A DNA stretch of 64,000 nt from Azolla caroliniana (lineage: Eukaryota > Plantae > Polypodiophyta), in the NCBI GenBank assembly GCA_043228905.1, contig JBHGNT010000003.1:5022001-5086000 (forward strand), read 5' to 3'. The notes below the pieces were generated by a model that was given only the letters and a program-made list of their open reading frames with translations, was not told the DNA's origin and ran no database searches. Positions 55,111 through 64,000 of this stretch are shown here, piece after piece. Position 1 is the first letter of the stretch; each line of letters opens with the position of its first letter. The position numbers and the translations under genes were made by a program.

Positions 55111-56803
55111 TATCAATAACACACCAAGTACGGACTTTTACGGAGCACGGATGATGGGGCGATGAGCGACATATGAACTTGGAGCTAGAAGTGACGAGGC
55201 TAGGAACTCTAGAAGTTATGAGCGACATGAGAGCATGAAGACAGAGATAAAGACCAAGGAGACGAGATGGAATGAAGCAAGAATATACGAGATTGATGTG
55301 TCAATGACTGGTGTTGAATCCCTTGAAAGGGACCAAGGAGGTTACAAGTATTTATAATGTGAGTTGAAGTACATGCATTAGAATATCTAGAGAATATTTT
55401 GGAACCCTCTAGAACTGTATAGTTCTAGAATTTTCTAAAAGCTCCTAGAATGTGAATAGATAATCTATGAAGATATACATAACATGACCATGTACTTGGA
55501 TGTGTTGGTTACAATATAACATATAATACAGGAGGTCAAGAGTTCGAATCTTTACATAGATGTCGTCATGTCTGTGACATTATCCTCCCCTTTACGGCCG
55601 TTGGTGTAGGGGTGAACGAGAAGTGGTGGGCGTGAGAAACCATGCGTTGTCCTCATTGGAGACATGAACACCAATGAACGTGACCGACCATGTGCGGTTC
55701 TCATCGGGAACACGAATGGGAGTGAGCGACCATGCGGTCCTCACAAGGAGTTGGAACATGAACGGGAGTGAGTGACCATGCAATCCTCACCAAGAACTTG
55801 AACACGACCAGGCGTGAGCAACCATGCGTGGCCCTCACTGGGAATCGGAACATGAGCAACCATGTGCGGTCCTCGCGGTCCTCACTGAGAATTGGATCAT
55901 GAGCGACCATGTAGCCCTCACCGAGAACTGGAACATGAACGGACATGAGCGACCATGCGGCCCTCACCGAGAATTGGAACAACAACGTGCGAAGGAGTGC
56001 AAATGAAGCAATCGACTCAACTTCTTCTATTATGAGAGGGTAAATAGTCGAGGTTAACCCAAGACACGACACAAATGGTAGCACTACAAGAAACCCACGT
56101 GATCCCCACCAAGAAAGTGAGCGATTGTGACCCCCTCAAAACTAGAAGGTGAGTGATCAAAATTGGTCCTCGCCAACAGAAAGTGGCGTGAGATTTGAAC
56201 TATAAAGAAAATGCAGTGCAAGTGAGCAAAGATCCGATCCCCACCAGGAAAGTGAGTGGTTGTGACCCCCATCGGAACAGGGAAGGTGAGCGATTGAAAG
56301 CACTCCTCACCAAAACCGTGATGTAAAATGATAACAAGTAGTGCTAATGACGGCGATGGTTGGGTGGAGAGGTGCTGAAAATGATGACGTCGAAGACAAG
56401 GATGTTGATGATGGTAACTTTGGAAGCAAGGACGATGATGATGGTAACTCTAGAAGCAAAGGCGATGACGAAGACATGTGGTGCTTCCACTTGGAAGGGA
56501 TTCAAATTGTCACGGACACACCAAGAAGGATGATGGGCTCTACGAACTACGGGCTACTTACTTGAAGATAGACTTAGTGACGAGGCTAGGAACTCTAGAA
56601 GTTATGAGCGACATGAGAGCATGAAGATAGAGATAAAGACCAAGGAGATGAGATGGAATGAAGCAAGAATATACTAGATTGATGTGTCAATGACTGGTGT
56701 TGAATCTCTTGAAAGGGACCAAGGAGGTTACAAGTATTTATAATGTGAGTTGAAGTACATGCATTAGAATATTTTGGAGAATATTTTGGAACCCTTTAGA
56801 CTG
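55111..56803 (-). mobile_element. Small non-coding LTR retroelement (gypsy/chromovirus-like termini) nested in the copia 3' LTR
   Basis: LTR 55111-55579 and a truncated LTR 56508-~56803 share ~230 bp at high identity. PPT GGGGAGGATAA (minus, 55590-55580). Non-tRNA PBS at 56505-56495. The ~930-bp internal region is largely tandem repeats, with no recognisable gag/pol. Confidence 0.85.
55625..55985. repeat. Degenerate tandem array of 38-47 bp units (about 8 copies) inside the nested LTR element
   Basis: Unit approximates GACCATGCGGTCCTCACCGAGAACTGGAACATGAACGGGAGTGAGC. Confidence 0.85.
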
Positions 56804-59800
56804 TCCATCGGTAAGTTCTTCGTGAGCATGTTGGATCCATTGTCGTTAGTATAGGTCTTCCTAAGGGTAAACTCCACGTCATCCACTTTCTCCTATAGCC
56901 AGTGATACCTTCTCTGGATATGCTTGGTTTGGGAGTGGTATGCAACATTCTTGGCTAGATGTATGGCACTCTGATGATCACAGTTGAGTAGGAATCGCTC
57001 TTGCTTCATTCCTAGTTCACTGAGGAAGTTCTTTATCCAAATAAGTTCTTTTCCGGCCTCTACCACTATCATATACTCTGCTTCTGTGGTCGACAAAGCC
57101 AAAGACTTTTGTAGTCGTGACTGCCACGACACTACTCCCCCTGTATAGGTCATAATGTATCCTGATGTGGATCGGCTTGAGTCTACATCTCCCAAAATGT
57201 CTGAATTGGTAAAACCTTCAAGCATAGGTTTTCCGACTCCATACTCGAGATACACCCATGAGGTGCCTTTCAAGTACTTGAGTATCCACTTCACCACCAC
57301 GCAGTGTTCTATTCCTAGATTACTCATATATTGGCTTACTACTCCCATAGAAAATGTTATGTTTGGTCTTGTTCAGACCATAGCATACATCAAACTACTG
57401 ATGATCGAGGCATATAGTACTTTCCTCATCTCGGGCTTGTCCTTCTCTCATTTTGGGCATTGTCTAGCATTCAACTTGCATTTTGTCGGCAATGCAAGAC
57501 CGACTGAATTTGATTCCGACATGTTGAACCTCTCTAAGATCTTTGTCACATATTTCTCTTGTGACAACCATATCACTTTCTTAGTTCTGCCCCGAACTAT
57601 GTGCATCCCCAGGATCTGTTTAGCTGGTCCAAGATCTTTCATGGCAAATGACTTGCCTAGTGCTTTCTTTAAGCACCTGATCTTCTTGGTATCTTGTCTG
57701 ACTATCAACATGTCATCCACATATAATAAGAGAATCAAGAAGTCGCCTTCATCGTACCTTTTTACGAACACGCAGTGATCAACCTGTTTTTTCTAGAACC
57801 TATGTTCCAACATGAAGGACTCAAACTTCTTGTACTATTGGCGTGGAGCTTGTTTTAGACCATACAAAATTTTCTTCAATCAACACACCAGGTTCTCTCT
57901 CCACAAAACCTTCGACTTGCTACAGGTAGCTATGCTCATAATACTTCAGATGGATGTCATTTTCATGATTGATGCGAATATTTCATCAAAGTTGACACCT
58001 TTTTTCTGGTGAAACGCCTTCACCACTATGCGGGCTTTATATCTGGGTACGGTGTCGACTTCTCCAGTCTTTACCTTATAGACCCATTTATTGTTGAGTG
58101 CTCTCTTACCAAGTCTTTACCTTTTGGTAGCTCCACCAAGTCATAAGTATAGTTCTCATGCAAGGAGTCCATCTCGTCTTACATTGCACTCAGCCATTTC
58201 TCTTTGTGCTCAATGGCAATGGCTTCATCATAGCACTCAAGCTCACCTTTATCAATCAAGAGGATGTATTGACTGGCATATGTTGTCGGTGCTCTCCTTT
58301 CCCTTAGTGGATATCTCCTTCCACCCGTTGTCAACTCTGGTTCGGATGTCTCTGCACACTCTTCTCTCGGGTCGGGTTCATATGTATCGATTAGTTGCCG
58401 AAGGTTGACCAACTTCGGCTCGTATTCCTTGATCAACTTCAATAGGTCTGTTGCCTCCGACTCATACGTGTTGGTCAGTTGCTCTGCTCTACGTCAACTG
58501 ACTTGGATTCGGCTGTGCCGACTAGTTATCTCCAAATAGCCGACTGTGTCGGTTCGACTGGTCTTAAGTCGGTGGTAGTGGGAGTCGATTCCGTCTTCTG
58601 TTGTTTCCAGTCCTCAATTATCTTGTCTTCCAAGAAGACTATGTCCCGACTCCTCACTACCTTCTTGTCGACTAAGTCCCACAGCTTGTAGCCAAACTCA
58701 TCCTCCTAGTACCCGAGAAATATGCATGGTTTCGACTTATTGTCGAGCTTCGACCTCTAATCCTTAGCCACATGCATATACACTAAGCATCCGAACACCC
58801 TCGGGTGTCAGTAGGAGACATCCTTTCCTGTCCACACCCTCTGTGGGACATCACCTTTCAATGGTACTGAGCGACATATGGTGTAAGATAAACAATTGTC
58901 TACATCGCCTCAGCCCAGTACAATTTAGATAGCTTAACATGCGATAACATGTTCCTTACTCTCTCCATGATTGTTCGATTCATCATCTCTATGAGCCTAT
59001 TCAACTCAGGGGTCTTCGTTACAGTGTATTCAATTCAAATACCTTGGGCCTTGCAGTATTCTTTGAACTGCCCTCTGTATTCACCACCATTGTTAGTTTG
59101 GACAGCCTTCAACTTCCGACCCGACTCTCTTTCAGCCCACCACTTATGACTATAGTTGTCAATGAATGTTACAAAGTACTATCCACCATGATGAGATGAC
59201 GCATCTACACAATACACATTAGTGTGTGTAACTAGTTCCAATGTTGCTTCTCTTCTCTTTGGTGGTCTCGAGTGGAATACAACTCTGTTCTGCTTTTCGA
59301 CTAAGCAGTCGACACACTTCTCCAAGTGCACTCCTTTCACTTCTGGAAGAAGTTCCTAGTTGGCTAGGATATGCATTCCCTTTTCACTCATGTGGCCTAG
59401 CCTCTTATGCCATATCTCTCTTGCTGAGTCGACTGCCACATTCACTTCCGACTTGCACAGTCTGGCTTACATCATATACAATGTGCCTTGTTTTTGTGCT
59501 CGGGCCACTAAGGTTTCCTCGGCAAAACTTCCACTTGCCATTTCGAAAGCTACCACTATAGCCTTTATCGTCCATTCTTCCAGTCAATATCAGATTTAGC
59601 TTGACATCGGGCAAGTGCCGAACATCCTTTAGAATCAGCCGAAAACTGGTCGATGTTGTTAGACATACATTTCCGAGGTAGGTTGAGACAAAGATATATT
59701 AAAAAACTAGAATTGTTTTTCAATAAAAATAGACGTAATATAGCAGAAACTTTGCGCAGACTATCTTGCATTCCCCATTATCTCCCATCTTCACATAGCC

Positions 59801-62800
59801 ATGATCCCAGGATGTGTAAGTCGAGAAACACTCTCTCGAGGGAGTTATATGAAATGATGCACCAGAGTCAATCACCCATGTGCACTCTTCATTTGCAATA
59901 TTTGCACTTGCCTATTCACAAATGAACATCAGTTCTTCTTCGCTCGTAGCGACGACTGGAGTGATCTTTTCATCAGGAATCTTCCTAGGTTTGACATCCT
60001 TTGTGACACCCTTGTCCTTCTTGAGATGTCAACAGTCCTTCTGGAAGTGTCTAGGTTTTCCATAGTAAAAATGTGACCTTACCTCTGGACTTGGATCTAG
60101 CATGAAACTTGTCCTGTCTTTGTTGATTTCTTTGCTTCTCATCTCCTCATTCAAGATGCTTGTCTTTACCACTTGTAGAGACAGGTTTTCTTCTTGACAC
60201 GAGGTACTGAGAGTCACCACCAGGTCATCCCAACTGTCCAGTAGGGTACACAGTAGTAGGATGGCCTGCATTGCATCATCAAGGGAAAACTTGGTTGCTA
60301 CAAGTTGGTTCACATACTCCATGAATCTGTTTATGTGCTCCACAAAGCTCTCTCAACCCCTGTACTTCAATCTCACAATCTTTCTCATCAAAGATGTATT
60401 GGTCAAGGCATTCTTTTGCTCGTAAAACCCTGACAACTTCTACCACATTTCGTAGGCATTTGTGTCGTTCACCACATGTTGAAGGACACTGACATCTACA
60501 CACTGTTTGATGGTGGCCACCGCCTTTCTATTGAGTTTCCATTCAGACTCTAATACCCCCGTGGGTATTTGCCCTCTGTCTATGGGCTTGTACATATCTT
60601 TGACGATAAGAAGATTTTCCATCTTGATCTTCCAGTCTGCGTAGTTGTGCAAGTTCAAGTCATCATTCCTAGAAAACCACTCACACCTCCTTCCATCTTT
60701 GCACCCATCGCTCTGATACCAGTTTGAAGAGATGGGATCATAGATCTGTGAGAAAGATATACAAAAATACCCGATTGGAGGAACAGAAAACAACAAGCCA
60801 ACAAGATATGCACAATACACAAAAGGGACACAAAATACACAGGTTTTACGTGGAAACCCTAAATGGGGAAAACAACGGGAACAAAGGTCGGACACTATAT
60901 TAGAAATATACACGACAAAGTAAGTTACAACACTATTCCTCTATGTAGAGTGTATTAGCCACACATGGATCTTGGCATCTAGTCTCAGCTATGGCGCTAC
61001 TCACACACTCTCTCTCACTCACTCACTCACTCACTCGCACATACACACACAACAACGCTTCTCTATGTTCAGTTCTACTGTTCTACTCCAACATAAAGTT
61101 TGCCCTAGGTGTATTTATACTTATACACAGTATGGGCTATTTACAAATGTAGTCCCTACTTACTATCACTTCTATTATTATAGTAATAACAATAGCAGTT
61201 AATCATCAACCGAGTGGTCGACTAGTCGACTCCTATGTTGGCTATCTAGTCGGTTTGAGTAGTCGATCATGTCTTTGAGTTGGATCACTTGCTGTCAACT
61301 CTTCGTGTCTTCGACTGTCAGCTCTCAGCCCGACGAGTCGGCTACTCCTTGTCTTCGACTGTCGACTTTTAGCCCAACCAGTCGGCTCCTCCCATAGGAG
61401 GTACATATTCCTAACCGAATTCCATGCGATCGAAGCATATTTGTGGTGCAATAGGAGCCCTTACAAATACACAAATACATTGAATATGCATATTCATTGA
61501 AAGCATGGGCAATGGATTATTATTGATCATTTTTAAAAAGTTGAGAGTATTCTCATGAATATAAAGACGAAAAGGGGTATTTTCACATATAGCCCATAAA
61601 ATCATCATGTTGAAGCAAGTGGGAGTGTTTATGCATACGATTGGAGATGAATTGAAGTTGAGTAATAGTGGTTGAAATTTACTAGATGTTATGGATATGT
61701 TGTAATCAAATTTTGTGCATGAAATGTCAATGTTTTTCATTGAACTTTGGGTGATATATTTTCAAAGCTTTTGATGCATCACTTCGTATTTTGTTCCAAA
61801 TGTAAAACAAAGTCTCGCTTTTTGCGAAGTGGCATCCAACATATTAACCTCACTCAAACTTCCAATCATCCTACCAACTTAAGTTCATGCATATAACATA
61901 ATAGAGATACACTATACTTGAGATTACGGCTTGTGATAATAATAAGTTGTAAATATTTCTTCATCAGTTTATGTGATGTAAAAGCATTGGTGTAAACAAG
62001 TGCAATTTTTTCATTATATGCAATGTACATAACAAGTAGATTTATATAGTAGCAATGTAGCATGAGAGCTTATTGAAGTGTGTTCATGATTGATTAATAT
62101 AGTTTCATTGCAAAAATCCAACTTAGACAATCAATCCTTAGTAAAGAGACATATTTACTAGAGTTTAGTAAATGAAGGAATGATCAATGCTCAGTGAAGA
62201 GAATGATTTACAAATCCTCGTCCATACCATTTGTTGAAGCTAGAATGAAGAACAAATGGAAAGATGACCCCTAAGACATCCATGGTGGTTACTCTAGCCA
62301 ATGATGGTAAGATGTCTGTTCTATTTACCAACGCATAATCCTAGACAAGGACCTAATTATTGAAAAGATTATAGTTCATGAGTATCATAATACACTTCAT
62401 GCAAATGCTTTCTTAGAGATATGTGTTCTTCACATAGTTTATGCTAGACTCTCACTAAGGGAAGACAAATGAGTTAGTTTAAGCTGGACTCACTTAGACA
62501 AGAAAGATGAGTCTGTTGATACTACACTTAATGGGGGAAGACAAATGATCTAGACTCGCTAAAGGAAGAAAGGGAGTGCACGCCCGATATCAAATTGATA
62601 AGTGAAGTTGGTAGATCCATCTACGATTTTGAGTTGACAATCTCTCTTTTAAAGGAGAAGATGCCCCGAATTAAGGAGATTGATAAACTTTGGTTCAATA
62701 TTTCAAAGTAACTCTAGTGGATTAAAAGAGAATATTTTACACTAGTCAAGGATCATGTAGTGGCGGACAATGAAGAAGAGAATGCAACTAATGATTCTTA

Positions 62801-64000
62801 TTGCCTAGATATGAAAATTACCAATGATAGTGGGATAGCTACACATGAGGATAGTGCATAATGTGTACATATTGAAATATATGAGTATTATTTACTCGAT
62901 GTTAGGAGAAAGGCAACTATGGTTTTAATCTCATACCTTTTCGAGATACAAATTTGTGACTTCTATGACATTTATTTAATTTTAGGCAAAAAAGACTTCT
63001 AAAATGTAAATATCAAGGTTTTTTATTATCATTTATAGAAATGCTCTATAGATGCAAAGATATTTTGGAAATAAAGTAAAAAACCTACGTCTTTTATGGA
63101 ATATAAGGTAATATTCCAATTGTGACATTTTATGCGAATCATTACTTGTCATGATCAATGCTCTCTATATAAGTCTCATTAGACATTGATCAAGTAGCAA
63201 CATGCAAAGTGAAGATAATGTAGTAATTCTCTTTAACAAAAGTATTTGGTATTAGACAAAAATATTTGAGTCTAAATGAATTGTGATAGAGAATGAAGGC
63301 CCAAGCTTGAATTCAACCAATTGGCAAAACTTGGCTTGGTGGTTGTAGAAAATGCTATTTCAATGCACATGGATATTATGATTGTGGCTTCTATTGTAGA
63401 GTTTGTGGCATATGAAGTGTGAAAATACTGATTATTTTGATGGTGAACTATTGATTATCGCAACGCATATGAATCATAGAGGATCGTAGAGGTTAATTTA
63501 TGGCAAATGCATTGCTTACATTGCATACTGCCAAATGTATACAATCTTCCATCCATGCAAAAGTGTTTTATTGATGGGCAATGGCATGTAGGTTGCCTTG
63601 AGTAACTGTGTTGAAACATCAAGACATTTTTTATGTGACACATGCTTTTTCTATACACCAAGGCTTTACCCTCCTCGTGGTATAAGTTAGTGTTGAACTT
63701 TGTTAGGTATTGGATCTATCGTACAATGGCGTATGACAAATAGGTTCTTAGCCGATAGCCTCCATGGAGTATAACAACATTGTCTAAGTTGAAAAGAAGA
63801 TTAACTTGGCCATTCTTGTACCTAAGCTACACGGCCACCTCGTCCTTTAGAAGAGTTGTAGCCTTTATGTAAGCCAATGCTACAACGGCTTGTAGGTTTG
63901 CAATGCCATAATATTCTAAATTCTAACTATTTGTAGTAGTGACAACAAGGATACTTTGTAGAGTCAAGATACCATAATATATAAACTACATTCAAGGAAA

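Larger units (their letters stand above)
54974..61416 (-). mobile_element. Ty1/copia LTR retrotransposon (Tnt1-like), disrupted, with 3' LTR partly replaced by a nested element
   Basis: 5-bp TSD GAATT (54969-54973 / 61417-61421). 5' LTR 60725-61416; tRNA-iMet PBS TGGTATCAGAGC at 60721-60710; 3' LTR remnant 54974-55110. Coding fragments: gag NYADWKIKMENLL, RT LLLYVDDML and MKDLGPAKQILGM, RNase H SWQSRLQKSLALSTTEAEY. Confidence 0.93.

Noticed and set aside
55497-55554. Functional tRNA gene
   Set aside because: No acceptor stem or anticodon arm can be built. Kept only as a tRNA-like relic.
55625-55985. CRISPR-like array or repeat-protein ORFs (55701-56084 and others)
   Set aside because: This is a degenerate tandem repeat without spacers. 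The ORFs are by-products of the repeat.
61422-64000. hAT/DUF4371-like transposase remnant or a host gene
   Set aside because: Too decayed. The one candidate motif, PFRLYIHENT, is insufficient and there is no exon structure.

Overview
AT-rich, intron-containing land-plant nuclear DNA. A fern or other seed-free vascular plant is my inference from protein divergence and transposon types; it is not proven. The left ~35 kb holds five spliced genes reconstructed by hand from GT-AG junctions: a TAF1C-like RNA polymerase I factor (minus, runs off the left edge), 5-formyltetrahydrofolate cyclo-ligase (minus), a SAM + PH domain protein (plus), FIS1 (plus) and a plant ankyrin-repeat protein (minus). The right ~29 kb is a nest of transposons. 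It contains two hAT-type MITEs with 8-bp TSDs, five TSD-bounded L1-clade LINE insertions sharing a conserved 3' terminal motif, a solo LTR, and a Tnt1-like Ty1/copia element. Inside the copia 3' LTR sits a small non-coding LTR element whose primer-binding site is complementary to its own predicted transcript 5' end (Tf1-style self-priming). That element, the shared LINE 3' motif and the SAM-PH architecture are the most interesting observations. All family assignments come from motif recognition, not database searches.
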